The notes beneath the pieces were generated by a model. That model was not told the origin of the DNA, did no database searches, and saw only the letters and a list, made by a program, of their open reading frames with translations. DNA of 64,000 nucleotides from Bacteroidales bacterium UBA4331 (GTDB lineage Bacteria > Bacteroidota > Bacteroidia > Bacteroidales > Paludibacteraceae): positions 9,032-73,031 of the forward strand of contig DGTR01000020.1 of assembly GCA_002394395.1 (NCBI GenBank), given 5' to 3'. This document shows, piece after piece, positions 17,711-28,900 of this stretch. Each line of letters opens with the position of its first letter. The first letter of the stretch is position 1. The position numbers and the translations under genes are program-made.

Positions 17711-19832
17711 AGTTCTTATAGTTACGGGTCTTACGTTCCGTGAATTCGTAGTCCAGCGGCTCTTTGATGAGTTGCGGCTCTTGGTCCTCACCCATATATT
17801 TCCAGCAGCCTACGTAAGAGAACTTGTCGTCCTGACGGAGAGCCTCGCCTTCCGGCGTCTGGTATTCCTCGCGGAAGTGACCGCCGCAAGACTCCTCACG
17901 ATGGAGGGCATCGACAGCCATCAGACGGCCTATCTCAATGAAGTCCGCCAGACGGAGCGCTTTCTCCAGCTCGTTGTTCAGGCTGTTAGCCTCACCCGGG
18001 ATATAGACGTTGGTCCAGAACTCTTTCTTGATGGCGTCAATCTTCTTAATGCCTTCTTTCAAGCCCTCTGCGGTACGTCCCATGCCGACGAAGTCCCACA
18101 TCACGAGACCGAGCTCTTTGTGGATGGAGTCCACAGAACGGTTACCCTTGATAGCCATCAGTTTGTCAATCTTGTCCTGAACAGCTTTCTCTGCCTCTGC
18201 GAACTCCGGCAGGTCGGTACTCATACGAGGTACGCTGATCTGGTCTGCGAGGTAGTTCTGGATAGTGTAAGGCAGTACGAAATAGCCGTCAGCGAGACCT
18301 TGCATGAGGGCGGAAGCTCCGAGACGGTTGGCTCCGTGGTCGGAGAAGTTCGCCTCACCGATACAGAACAGACCCTTGACGGATGTCTGCAACTCGTAGT
18401 CCACCCAGATACCGCCCATCGTATAGTGGATAGCCGGGAAGATCATCATCGGGTTCTCATACGGGTTCTCGTCCACGATCTTCTCGTACATCTGGAAGAG
18501 GTTACCATATTTCTGAGCTACGACATCTTTGCCCAGACGCTGGATTGCTTCGCTGAAATCGAGGAACACAGCGAGACCGGTGTTGTTCACGCCGTAGCCT
18601 TTGTCGCAACGCTCTTTGGCAGCACGAGAAGCGACGTCACGAGGAACGAGGTTACCGAACGCTGGATAGCGACGCTCCAAGTAGTAATCGCGATCTTCCT
18701 CGGGGATATCACGTCCCTTGATCTCGCCTGCTTGCAGACGTTTAGCGTCCTCTAATTTCTTCGGCACCCAGATTCGTCCGTCGTTACGCAGCGACTCGGA
18801 CATAAGGGTCAACTTACTCTGGAAATCACCGTGCTTCGGAATACAGGTCGGGTGGATCTGTGCGTAGCAGGGGTTAGCGAAATATGCTCCGTGGCGGTAC
18901 ATCTGCATAGCAGCTGAACCGTTGGAAGCCATCGCGTTGGTAGAGAGGAAGAAGGTGTTACCATAACCACCGGAACCTACTACCACTGCGTGTGCGAAGA
19001 AGCGCTCAATGCGGCCGGTAACAAGGTTACGAGCGATGATACCGCGAGCACGTTTCTCGCCGTTCTCATCAGCGATGAGCACGATATCGAGCATCTCATA
19101 GCGGGTGTACATCTTCACTTTGCCCTTACCAATCTGGCGGCTCAGAGCACTATATGCGCCGAGCAGCAACTGCTGACCGGTCTGACCTTTGGCGTAGAAC
19201 GTACGGCTTACCTGTGCGCCACCGAAAGAACGGTTGTCAAGCAGACCACCGTATTCGCGTGCGAAAGGAACGCCCTGTGCTACACACTGGTCGATGATGT
19301 TATTGGAAACCTCTGCCAGACGATAAACGTTCGCCTCACGAGCGCGGTAGTCTCCACCTTTGATGGTATCGTAGTAGAGACGATAGACGGAGTCGCCGTC
19401 ATTCTGATAGTTTTTCGCTGCGTTGATACCGCCTTGTGCGGCGATAGAGTGTGCACGGCGGGGTGAGTCCTGGATACAGAAGTTGAGGACGTTAAATCCC
19501 ATCTCTGCAAGGGAGGCAGCAGCCGAAGCACCAGCCAGACCGGTACCTACTACGATCACGTCCAGACGGCGTTTGTTAGCCGGGTTCACCAGTTTCTGGT
19601 GGTTCTTGTAATTGGTCCATTTCAACTCCAGCGGTCCCTCCGGGATCTTCGCGTCCTTCGGAGTGATGACCGGAGTCGTTGCCTCTTTGACAGCCTCTGC
19701 GGCAGCAGCCTGAACCTGCTCGGTTACTTCTGCCGCCTTGTCCAGCACTTTCTCTGCCACGTCCAGAGCTGCCTCTGCTGCCTTCACTGCTACTTTTTTC
19801 GCAGCGTCTAATATTTCTTCTTTCTTTGCCAT
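17709..19832 (-). CDS. sdhA: succinate dehydrogenase/fumarate reductase flavoprotein subunit, with ~58-aa N-terminal extension
   Basis: 707 aa; FAD fold [18 protein letters not shown] and HYTMGG motifs; Ala/Lys/Glu-rich leader before KIPEGP. Confidence 0.93.
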   Translation of the reverse strand: MAKKEEILDAAKKVAVKAAEAALDVAEKVLDKAAEVTEQVQAAAAEAVKEATTPVITPKDAKIPEGPLELKWTNYKNHQKLVNPANKRRLDVIVVGTGLAGASAAASLAEMGFNVLNFCIQDSPRRAHSIAAQGGINAAKNYQNDGDSVYRLYYDTIKGGDYRAREANVYRLAEVSNNIIDQCVAQGVPFAREYGGLLDNRSFGGAQVSRTFYAKGQTGQQLLLGAYSALSRQIGKGKVKMYTRYEMLDIVLIADENGEKRARGIIARNLVTGRIERFFAHAVVVGSGGYGNTFFLSTNAMASNGSAAMQMYRHGAYFANPCYAQIHPTCIPKHGDFQSKLTLMSESLRNDGRIWVPKKLEDAKRLQAGEIKGRDIPEEDRDYYLERRYPAFGNLVPRDVASRAAKERCDKGYGVNNTGLAVFLDFSEAIQRLGKDVVAQKYGNLFQMYEKIVDENPYENPMMIFPAIHYTMGGIWVDYELQTSVKGLFCIGEANFSDHGANRLGASALMQGLADGYFVLPYTIQNYLADQISVPRMSTDLPEFAEAEKAVQDKIDKLMAIKGNRSVDSIHKELGLVMWDFVGMGRTAEGLKEGIKKIDAIKKEFWTNVYIPGEANSLNNELEKALRLADFIEIGRLMAVDALHREESCGGHFREEYQTPEGEALRQDDKFSYVGCWKYMGEDQEPQLIKEPLDYEFTERKTRNYKN

Positions 19833-19886
19833 AAATAGGTAGAATTTATATATGTTTGCTATTTTCTACGTTAAGTACTCGTACTC

Positions 19887-21545
19887 TTATAACCGGATAA
19901 CATGCATTCCGTCTATAGTATAAGTTTCTCCGTCCTGGCGTCGTATATACAGATGATTATCAATCATCAGCTTTTCCGCTTTCTTTATTGCCTGCGAGGG
20001 TTCCGTATGAATATCTGTGGGATTGCTTCCCGCGAATAGAGGTTCATACGTGACATCCCCATCCACTTGAATAAGTCGTGGATTTGTCTGGTCTCCATCG
20101 CTCCATCCGACAAAAGTGTATCCCTCATCCGCTACGGCGGTGATTGTCACCCACTCGTCACAGGCATACTTTCCTTCTCCTGTTGCCATGCCTCCTTCAG
20201 CAGTTGCTACACTTACTTGCGGGCGTTCCTTACGGAACTTATATCCCGCCCAACTGCTGTTAGCAGCATAGGCAAGCGAGTCCACCGAACAGCCGATCAG
20301 CACATTATACCGGGAATATAAACCGGTATAGTTATACTCAAACCATCTGTAAAAGCATTGCGCTTCAAGTTGCGGAGGAGTGACCGCATCGGAGATGATG
20401 GTACGCATGGAGTCGCAGTCATAAAATGCCATTTTTCCTACTTTTTCGCACGCTTCGGGCAGTCGTATCGTCTGCACATTGGGAAGGTGGTAGAAACCGC
20501 CCTCTTCAATCGTGCGGAGCGAGTCGGACAGCGTGACAGAATTAAGTCCCAGACACCCGGAGAAGGCATATTTGCCGACCGTTCGGGCTGTGTCCGGCAA
20601 CACGAGGTCTGTCACACGTTGGCCGCCTACATATAAATAATTATTGTATAGCGGACTTGCTTCATCATGCTCGCAAGTGATGGCGGCATACGCAGCAAGA
20701 TCCTCCACGTGTATCCGTATGCTGTCGGTACTGGAAAAACCGATTAGTCCTACATAACGGAGCGAACGGGGGATATGCAACTCCTTGATGCCTCTTAAAG
20801 CCTGCAGACCACCGGTCATGATGCTGTCCAGCATAGGCGGCAATTCCAGTTCGGTCAGACGCGGGCAGGCACGAAAGGCATACTCGCCGATTACACGAAC
20901 GGATTGACCCATACGCACATAGTGGAGAGAATCCATTTGGTAGCACAGGTTAGAAGGGATATACAGCACCGAGTCGCCGATGAACATGCTGTCTATATGC
21001 GTGCTCCAGTTGCCGGTACTGCCATTATATCCCAATGCGGATGACATACTTCCACCCCTGCAATTCTTGGCGTTGAAATGTACGACCTTCAGTTTGCCGG
21101 CGTTAGCAAAGAGTCCGCTCGGCACAGATTGTACATCTTCGCCAAAAATGACTTCGCGCAAGTTTAACGGTTTGAGCCAGTAACTATTGACAGTGCATTT
21201 TACAGCATTGTAGTACATCTTGGTGAGGCTATGACAGCCTTCGAACGCCCGTTCGCCTATTTTGGTAATAGTCGTAGGGATAACCACCGATTCTACATCA
21301 CTGTACCTCAGTGCCCATTCTCCGATTTCGGTAACGGTATATTGCACGCCGTTATGTGTTATTTGTTCGGGTATGACGACATGACCGGCATAAGCGGAAG
21401 TATTAAAATAGTCTTCCTGCGTGACAGTCGCTGTACGGGTAGAGTTATTGAGGTTATAAAAGATACCATTGATTTCCACGTCGTAGGCGAGAGCCAAGAG
21501 ATTGGCACCCAGACAGAGAACAAATATCAATAGCCGTTTATTCAT
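19887..21545 (-). CDS. BspA-like leucine-rich-repeat surface protein with T9SS-type tail
   Basis: 552 aa; signal peptide; repeated IGE.AF..C..L units; GYTFVGWSDG B-repeat; C-terminal ...GETYTIDGMHVIRL. Confidence 0.8.
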   Translation of the reverse strand: MNKRLLIFVLCLGANLLALAYDVEINGIFYNLNNSTRTATVTQEDYFNTSAYAGHVVIPEQITHNGVQYTVTEIGEWALRYSDVESVVIPTTITKIGERAFEGCHSLTKMYYNAVKCTVNSYWLKPLNLREVIFGEDVQSVPSGLFANAGKLKVVHFNAKNCRGGSMSSALGYNGSTGNWSTHIDSMFIGDSVLYIPSNLCYQMDSLHYVRMGQSVRVIGEYAFRACPRLTELELPPMLDSIMTGGLQALRGIKELHIPRSLRYVGLIGFSSTDSIRIHVEDLAAYAAITCEHDEASPLYNNYLYVGGQRVTDLVLPDTARTVGKYAFSGCLGLNSVTLSDSLRTIEEGGFYHLPNVQTIRLPEACEKVGKMAFYDCDSMRTIISDAVTPPQLEAQCFYRWFEYNYTGLYSRYNVLIGCSVDSLAYAANSSWAGYKFRKERPQVSVATAEGGMATGEGKYACDEWVTITAVADEGYTFVGWSDGDQTNPRLIQVDGDVTYEPLFAGSNPTDIHTEPSQAIKKAEKLMIDNHLYIRRQDGETYTIDGMHVIRL

Positions 21546-21557
21546 TGCATGTTACAG

Positions 21558-22256
21558 TTATGCGGCACAGAGTATCCCGATGCCCATGCCCAGGTAATAC
21601 AATACAACAATAGTGAACGGCAGTACAACGAGGGTAGCTACGACCGTACTGATGACCTCAACGCGTTTCTGCCACTTGAGGTTGTTGAGTCCCATGGAGG
21701 TCATCGCCGAGCCCACACCATGATTGAGGTGGAGCCAGAGAACAACGAGCCAAAGGAGGTAGAGCACGCAGTAGATCTGTCCCCAAACCGGAGTAGTGAA
21801 CAGCTCCTTGACGTAAGCCGCGCCGTTCTGCGGGTCAAACGCACCGGTCTCAATGCCGGAAAGCTCCGCAAACTGCATCTTGAACCAGAAGTTGTAGAGG
21901 TGCAAGCATAGGAAACCGAGGATGGTGAAGCCGAGGACGAGCATATTCTCGCTCTCCCAGGTCACACCGGGTTTCTTGTCGGTTACCGCATAGCGGTCGT
22001 TACCACGTGCTGCTCGGTTCTGAATGGTCAGATACAGACCATAGCAGAAATGCACCAAAACGAGGAACGCAATACCGAGCGAACCGATCACTGCGTACCA
22101 GTTAGCGCCGAGGAAACGGCAGATGGCGTTGTAAGCCTCCTCGCTGAATACCAGCGCAAGGTTCATGCAGCCGTGGAAAAGCAGGAAGAAAACCAACGCT
22201 GCTCCACTAAGCGCCATGACGAACTTACGGCCAATAGAAGAATCTTTTAACCACAT
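21558..22256 (-). CDS. sdhC: succinate dehydrogenase/fumarate reductase cytochrome b subunit
   Basis: 232 aa, five hydrophobic helices with conserved His residues; preceded by a TAATTTTG -7 box at 22319-22326. Confidence 0.85.
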   Translation of the reverse strand: MWLKDSSIGRKFVMALSGAALVFFLLFHGCMNLALVFSEEAYNAICRFLGANWYAVIGSLGIAFLVLVHFCYGLYLTIQNRAARGNDRYAVTDKKPGVTWESENMLVLGFTILGFLCLHLYNFWFKMQFAELSGIETGAFDPQNGAAYVKELFTTPVWGQIYCVLYLLWLVVLWLHLNHGVGSAMTSMGLNNLKWQKRVEVISTVVATLVVLPFTIVVLYYLGMGIGILCAA

Positions 22257-22318
22257 AAGATTGTTTGTGTTTTTAGATAAATAATATTGTTAATTAATGA
22301 TGATTCGTATTTCGGCTG

Positions 22319-22326
22319 CAAAATTA
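22319..22326 (-). promoter_or_regulatory. -7 box TAATTTTG upstream of sdhC
   Basis: TAnnTTTG match in the context ATTTCGGCTGCAAAATTACTA, which is also seen upstream of malQ (31660-31685). Confidence 0.6.
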
Positions 22327-22365
22327 CTAAAAAAAAATGACATACGCAAGCGCGCACGTCATTTT
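22326..22365 (-). terminator. rho-independent terminator after the acid phosphatase gene
   Basis: Minus strand AAAATGAC...GTCATTTT followed by a T-run. Confidence 0.65.
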
Positions 22366-22373
22366 CTTAAGAA

Positions 22374-23093
22374 TTATTTAATATTCGCTCGATTTTTGCG
22401 TCGAAATTCCTTTTGTGCCTTCTTCAGTTGCTTGAGATAAGCCTTGCTGGTATGAAGTTTGGCAAAGGCTGCACTCGCCACTACGCGTGCGGCATCGACA
22501 TCGCTCTGCCAGTGAAAGCCGGCGATGACGCGGCTCTGTCCGTATTCGAATCCCTCCTTCAGGAGCGCATCTTGTGCCTTAGGATGGATCTCGCATAAGA
22601 TGAGCGCCGTGCTCCATCCCAAGGTCGTATGGCCGGAAGGATACGAACCGTTATGGCTCAACTCCTCCTCATCTTCGGGCACGAGCGTAGGCTCATGGAA
22701 GACCATATACGGACGCTTACGCATGTAAGTGATCTTCGCGCTGTCGCATGCGAAACTGGTCGTTTTGGTCGCGTCCGTCAGCAGTTTCCACAGTTGGGGA
22801 GTGTTGGTCTCGGATATCTGCACACCCATGATCGGAGAGAAAATCTCCGCCATCCGCTGGACGCTATAAGCGGCGTCGAGCCGTGCTTTCTGTCCGCGGG
22901 GGGTGTTGCGGACACTTTTGCCCCATTGATATTGGGCGGTATCGTAGGCGTAACGCATCTCGTTGGTCTTAGGCGGCGCAGGCAGATAACGCAGAGCGTT
23001 CGGCATCTCCGGGGTCGTAAAATACGGGGTCACGTCCTCTGCAAACACGCAGATCGCAACCAGAAGAAAAGGAATAATAAGGGTACGTTTCAT
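22374..23093 (-). CDS. class A (PAP2) acid phosphatase
   Basis: 239 aa; signal peptide; KRPY, PSGHT and SRVIAGFHWQSD motifs. Confidence 0.85.
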   Translation of the reverse strand: MKRTLIIPFLLVAICVFAEDVTPYFTTPEMPNALRYLPAPPKTNEMRYAYDTAQYQWGKSVRNTPRGQKARLDAAYSVQRMAEIFSPIMGVQISETNTPQLWKLLTDATKTTSFACDSAKITYMRKRPYMVFHEPTLVPEDEEELSHNGSYPSGHTTLGWSTALILCEIHPKAQDALLKEGFEYGQSRVIAGFHWQSDVDAARVVASAAFAKLHTSKAYLKQLKKAQKEFRRKNRANIK

Positions 23094-23118
23094 AATGTTT
23101 TTTTTATTTATCCAGCTG

Positions 23119-23186
23119 CAAAGGTACGAAAAAAATTACATATATGCAAATAAATTTGCACAATTCAAAAAAAAGCAGTAATTTTG
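23119..23186. promoter_or_regulatory. divergent promoters (acid phosphatase / porQ)
   Basis: TACCTTTG (minus, 23119-23126), near-palindrome TGCAAATAAATTTGCA (23145-23160), TAATTTTG (plus, 23179-23186). Confidence 0.55.
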
Positions 23187-23210
23187 TAGCCGAATTTAAA
23201 ATGCCGTAGT

Positions 23211-24308
23211 GTGGCTATCAGAAAAAAAATAGTAACCCTTGTACTTTGTACCTTGTCCCTTTGTACGTATGGTCAGGTATCGAATGCAGGGCGGTCGGTG
23301 TTCTCGTTTATGGGGCTGCCGGTATCGTCGCGCATCAACGCCTTGGGCGGATCGAACGTCTCACTCAGCGATGGGGATATCGCAATGGGCATGTGCAACC
23401 CGGCGTTGCTGCATGCCAATAGCCACATGATGCTGCAACTCAACTATAGCTACTACCTGCCGGGAACGATGTTCGGTAGCGTGCTGTATGGGCATAATTT
23501 CGGGCGTTCTAAAATAGAGAAACCGGCAGAGGGTGAACCCGACAAGCCGAATTATTTCGCGGTGGGTATTCATTACTTGGACTACGGAAAGATGTACTAC
23601 GCGGACAAAGACGGCAATAAGACCGGTGGTTCGTTTGGTGCTCGGGACATCTTGATAGACGTGATGTACGCGCGTCAGTTAGGACGGATGTTCAAGGTCG
23701 GCGTGACACTCAAGCCGGTCTATTCAATCTATGAGAGTTATAGTTCGTTTGCGTTAGGCGCGGACGTAGGAGCGCATTTCCAAAGCCCGGACTCGACATT
23801 CCAGATGGGTCTGGTGCTGCAGAACATAGGATGGCAGTTGAAGGGATTCTACTCGGAGGAAGGCGGAACGAATCATGAGATGCTGCCGCTGAACCTGCAG
23901 TTGGGTCTGACGTACCGCGTGAAGCACGCGCCGTTGCGGTTCCATCTGCAGGCGCATAACCTGCAGACATGGTACCTGAACTACGAATGGACGGGTATCG
24001 ACAAGAACGTCACGACCGGTGACTTCATCCCCCATAACGTCAAATGGTACGACATGTTGTTCCGGCACACGATATGGACGATAGAGGTAGTAGATAAACG
24101 CGAGCGGTTCTACATCGCTTTCTCATATAACCACCGCCGCCGCGCGGAGTTAAATCTCGCTGATCAGCGGTCGTTAGCAGGATTCGCGTTAGGTCTCGGC
24201 GTACGAATCAAACAGGCGCATGTGGATTTTGCGATCAGTCAGATGACCAAGTCCAACTTCTCGTACCAGGTCGGATTGACATTAGATATAAACTCGCTCA
24301 TGAAATAA
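23211..24308 (+). CDS. porQ: T9SS outer-membrane protein PorQ-like
   Basis: 365 aa, GTG start; signal peptide then GRSVFSFMGLPVSSRINALGGSNV, which I recall as PorQ-like; beta-barrel-like alternation. Confidence 0.65.
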   Translation: MAIRKKIVTLVLCTLSLCTYGQVSNAGRSVFSFMGLPVSSRINALGGSNVSLSDGDIAMGMCNPALLHANSHMMLQLNYSYYLPGTMFGSVLYGHNFGRSKIEKPAEGEPDKPNYFAVGIHYLDYGKMYYADKDGNKTGGSFGARDILIDVMYARQLGRMFKVGVTLKPVYSIYESYSSFALGADVGAHFQSPDSTFQMGLVLQNIGWQLKGFYSEEGGTNHEMLPLNLQLGLTYRVKHAPLRFHLQAHNLQTWYLNYEWTGIDKNVTTGDFIPHNVKWYDMLFRHTIWTIEVVDKRERFYIAFSYNHRRRAELNLADQRSLAGFALGLGVRIKQAHVDFAISQMTKSNFSYQVGLTLDINSLMK

Positions 24309-24320
24309 ATAAATGCGAAA

Positions 24321-25013
24321 ATGAGTAAATGCGAAAATAAAATCATTGTTGCTATAGACGGATATTCGTCGTGCGGGAAATCAACGATAGCCAAGGCGCT
24401 GGCGAAACATGCGCACGCAACCTATGTAGATACCGGCGCTATGTACCGGGCTATTGCGTTGTACGTATTAGTCGAAAGTCGAAAGTCGAAAGTCGAAAAA
24501 TTGAGCGAGGAGGAGATCGTAGCGCTCTTGCCCAAGATCAAGGTAGGTTTTGTGCGGGTCGGCGATGCGCAGCACGTGACGCTGAACGGCGAAGATGTGG
24601 AGGGTCAGATACGGACACTCGAGGTCGGCAACCGCGCTTCGGAGATCTCGCAGATCAAAGAGGTGCGTGCTTTCCTTGTCGCGCAGCAACAGGCGATGGG
24701 TGCCAACCAGAGCATCGTCATGGACGGCCGCGATATCGGAACAGTTGTCTTCCCGAAGGCTGATCTGAAGTTGTTCCTCACGGCTCGGCCGGAGGTTCGC
24801 GCGCAACGGCGGTACGACGAGTTGGTAGCCAAAGGTGAGAAGCCTGTCTATGAAGAAGTATTGGCGGATGTCAACGACCGCGACTACCGCGACACGCATC
24901 GCGCCGAGAGCCCGTTACGGCAGGCTGAAGATGCCATCGTTGTAGATAACAGCGACATGACGCCGGAAGAGCAGATGCAAGTCATTTATGATCTGTACGA
25001 TAGACTCCAATAG
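24321..25013 (+). CDS. cmk: cytidylate kinase
   Basis: 230 aa; P-loop IDGYSSCGKST; DGRDIGTVVFP. Confidence 0.93.
   Translation: MSKCENKIIVAIDGYSSCGKSTIAKALAKHAHATYVDTGAMYRAIALYVLVESRKSKVEKLSEEEIVALLPKIKVGFVRVGDAQHVTLNGEDVEGQIRTLEVGNRASEISQIKEVRAFLVAQQQAMGANQSIVMDGRDIGTVVFPKADLKLFLTARPEVRAQRRYDELVAKGEKPVYEEVLADVNDRDYRDTHRAESPLRQAEDAIVVDNSDMTPEEQMQVIYDLYDRLQ
24470..24497. repeat. tandem heptamer AGTCGAA x4 inside cmk
   Basis: Four exact units counted; translated VESRKSKVEK. Confidence 0.95.
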
Positions 25014-25920
25014 CGGTTTCTGCTTCGGTGTGACACGCGCCATCCGGACAGCGGAAGAAGAGCTCCGGAAGGGGGCTCTTTGTTGCTTGGGGGACATCGT
25101 GCATAACGGTCAGGAGGTTGTGCGGTTAGAGGGCTTAGGGCTGGAAACGATTGACAACGACGACCTGCGTTCACTACCACCCCACTCGCGCGTGCTGCTA
25201 CGGGCTCACGGCGAACCGCCAAGCACGTACTGGATAGCCGAGCAAAGAGAAATAGAGGTTATCGACGCGACCTGTCCTGTTGTAAAAAAGCTACAGGACC
25301 GTATCCACGCCTGCTACGAGCAGCATAAGAACGACGAAGCCGTCCCTCCGCAGATTGTCATCTACGGCAAACGCGGTCATGCCGAGGTCATCGGGCTGCA
25401 AGGCCAAACGAACAACACCGCCATCGTAATCGAGCGCGAGGAGGAGTTGAACCAACTCGATTTCTCAAGACCAATCTACCTCTTCTCGCAGACCACAAAG
25501 AGCGTGGAAGGTTTTCAGAGCCTTGTCAAGGCGATTGAAGCGCGTCGTTCGTTATTACGTAATAACGTAATTACGTCATCACGAGAAGATTATAGCGCGC
25601 CGTTCGAGTATCACGATACCATCTGCCGGTCGGTAGCGAACCGCGTGGCGCTGTTGCAGGCCTTTGCGAAGGCGCAGGACCTCGTGATCTTCGTCGGTGG
25701 AGGCAAGAGTTCCAACGCGAAGGTGCTATATCAGCATTGCGTAGAGGCGAACCCGAAGACGATCTTTGTCTCGTCACAGGACGAGTTGGAAGACAAGCTT
25801 GCGGAGTACCGCGAGCAGATACAAACAAATCCCGACTGGAAAGTCGGGATCTGTGGTGCTACAAGTACACCGTTATGGTTAATGGAAAAGTGCAAGGCAT
25901 CAATAGAGGAGGTGCGATAG
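24988..25920 (+). CDS. ispH: 4-hydroxy-3-methylbut-2-enyl diphosphate reductase
   Basis: 310 aa; SGFCFGV, ATCPVV, GHAEV and SSN motifs; overlaps the cmk 3' end by 26 nt. Confidence 0.93.
   Translation: MICTIDSNSGFCFGVTRAIRTAEEELRKGALCCLGDIVHNGQEVVRLEGLGLETIDNDDLRSLPPHSRVLLRAHGEPPSTYWIAEQREIEVIDATCPVVKKLQDRIHACYEQHKNDEAVPPQIVIYGKRGHAEVIGLQGQTNNTAIVIEREEELNQLDFSRPIYLFSQTTKSVEGFQSLVKAIEARRSLLRNNVITSSREDYSAPFEYHDTICRSVANRVALLQAFAKAQDLVIFVGGGKSSNAKVLYQHCVEANPKTIFVSSQDELEDKLAEYREQIQTNPDWKVGICGATSTPLWLMEKCKASIEEVR
25551..25578. repeat. overlapping perfect palindromes / TTACGTAA-like octamers x3 inside ispH
   Basis: GTTATTACGTAATAAC (25551-25566) and ACGTAATTACGT (25565-25576) are both self-complementary. 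Confidence 0.9.
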
Positions 25921-28900
25921 CTACTTTACCTTCTGCCCTGTCACTGTATATACTTTTTCTCCGAGAAGTACATATACTTGCCCATCGCGAATAACTTTCC
26001 GCGGAGTTTCTCCATTAGAAGAAGGGGAGGCAAAGGATGTTGGAGTGCTATCATTATAGACTGCGCGAACCGTTATACCGTCTTCTATATCTCCAGCGAC
26101 AGCCTGCCAGCCGACAAAGACCTTCTCTGCTACAATAGGTGCTGCGGGTACTGCGTCTGTAATGTGAGATGTCATTATCAGTTGATTATTTGCATCTACA
26201 AAATGTACTTTCAGAGCAGTTGAAGCATCTAAGCTATATAATGCAATAACATATAAATCTTTCGTCACATTTGACAAATCGCGGCTCCATCCGTCGAATA
26301 GATAGCCCTCTCGCATAGGCGATACCGGCGCCATAGCTTCTGATCCTTCCTCTACTTTTACTACGCCTAACTCATCTCCGTTCCAATCTAAGAAAGTTAG
26401 AGCATGGATAGGTACGGCACGGAATGTAGCAATATAAGTAGCATTGCCGGTTACGATTTCTATTGCCGGTTGCCAGCCATCAAAATGGTAAGCGAAGTGT
26501 TCTGTACTCTCTTTAGAAGGTTCCTCGCAAGAAGGCATCTCACCATATGCCCACTTACGCGAGAAAATATCAGAGCCATCTTCGTTTCGGAAAGTAATGG
26601 TATATTCGTTGACTACACTATCATAATGAGCAGTATAACGAGTGTCTGCCAAAGCCGGCACGATTTCGGGTTCCCAGCCTGTGAATGTATAGGTATATTG
26701 AGCTGTTGCCTGTCTAGTTGGCGCTTCCGGTACTGAAGGAAGTGTATTGTAAAGTACTTCATCTTCCTGTAAAACAGTACCATTCCAATCTACAAACTGA
26801 ATTGCGAATGTCTGTACTTTGAAACTTGCCACCAAGGTTGTATCTTGGGTCACTAACAGGGTGCGCAGAGGTTCAGTGTTACCATCACTCCAAGTTTCAA
26901 AAATAAATCCGGTATTAGGAACAGCCTCGATCTGCATCATTCCCGTCGAACAATCAAGTTCGCCTTGACTTACTACTCCCATCGACTCATCAGCAGAACT
27001 GATAGTAACAGTGAAAGGTGAGTATTCATCAAACTGAGTGAAATAATTATCCCAAGTTGTACTGACATACGCGCTCATGCTTCCGCAGGGAACACGTAAC
27101 ATCGCATTTTCCGCAATAGAAGAAAATACTCCACTTTCTAAGGTAGCAGGAGTGCTACTTTCACAAGTTACTGTTTTGAGGCTTTCACAGGAACCAAAAG
27201 CATAACTATTAAGTTTGGTTATATTCTTTGGAATAGTCACTTTCTTTAGCGATGTACAAATTGCGAAAGCGCTTGCCCCAATCTCTTTAACGCTGGCAGG
27301 GAATGAAACGGAAGGTAAATTTTCAGCACCGTCACATAAATGAGCAGGGATATATTCTACGGAGTTACCAAAAGTTATTTTTGTCAGTAAATCAAATGTG
27401 TAAAGATTTGTAGGACCATCATTGGCCTGCTTGGCGTTCCACACAAGGGTCTTTACTGGGGAGCTTTCAAATGCTGTATTACAGATGGTTTTTATAGCTT
27501 TCCCGATTGTAACGGAAGTCAAAGAATCACAATCGGAGAAGGAATAACACCCGATCTTGGTAACTTTATTGGGGATAACAATTTTCTTTAGCGATTTACA
27601 CCCATCGAATGCTAAGTCGTCTATTTCCTTGAGGCTGGAAGGAAAAGTAACTGTCTTTAGTTTTACTGCTTTATAGCAAAATTGTTCGGGAATAAACTCC
27701 ACTTCATTACCAAAAGTAACACTCTCCAAGTTAGGAAGACCTGCGTATGATATAGCATAACCTCCGGCCCTATCTATCACATGTTTTGCATTAAAGGTGA
27801 GTTTTTTTACATACCGAGGATCAAAAGCATCCCATATATCCATATCCACTACCGCTTTACCGATGGTAATATCGGTCAACACCTGACAACCTTCAAATGC
27901 ATCATCTTTAATCGTTGTTACATTATCCGGAATAACGACAGAGGTCAGCCGCTTGCAGTTGTAAAATGCATTATCTTCTATCGTTTGTAACCCACTTCCA
28001 AAGGAAACAGAGACTATTCTTTGGCAACCGCTGAATGTAAACATACCGATTCTGGTCAGCGCGTCAGGAAATTGGAGTTGTGTAATAACCGTGTTTTCAA
28101 AAGCATTATCGTCTATTTCCAATAAAGATGAGCCAAAGGTAACCGAACTTAAGCTGGAGCAAAGTCCAAATGCATTTTCATTTATATACACTAATGAATT
28201 AGGAAGCGTAACGCTTGTAACCGGCATTCCGCTAAACGCATCCTCGGCAATAATGACTGTTCCGTCTTTTATAGTAGCGGCTCCGGAGAAATTATCGCCT
28301 CCGCGGATACACGCCTTGTCCACATAGAAAATATTATTCTTCCAGTTCTTACTATCCAGTTCCAACGCCGTATTATAGAATGCATCTAAATGAATTGTTC
28401 GAACACCTGTTCCTAACGTCACATTGGTAAGAGCTGTACAACCGAAAAATGCGTCTCTACCGATTGTTTTAATATTGTTCGGAATAACGATTTGTTGCAG
28501 GGAAGTACAATTGGAACACATAGAAATAGGTATTTCCTCCAAAGCATTGGATAGAGTAAGTGATCTCAACATCCGGCAGTTGGAAAAAGCAGATGTCTCT
28601 ATATAATGCAAATTCGATGGAAGTGTAAGCGTTGTAATTGCGCTATTACAAAAACTCGAATTACAAATAGAATCCAGTGTGCTCGGCAGAGTAACGGAAG
28701 TGAGGTTTTCAAAACCATAGAACGCATTAGTACCTGCGGATGTTATACCCTCATTGATAACCACCTTTTTAACGGATTCATAATAATCATCCCAAGGATA
28801 CGCCTCACCACCCATATACACATCTTCCATACTGCCGGAGCCCGATATAGTCAACAATCCGGTAGTAGTAGTAAGAGACCATGTAATGCTGTTTCCGTAC

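Noticed and set aside
24988-25013. The 26-nt cmk/ispH overlap as a possible frameshift or fusion
   Set aside because: Both proteins are full length with normal termini in their own frames. A simple overlap of adjacent genes is sufficient explanation.
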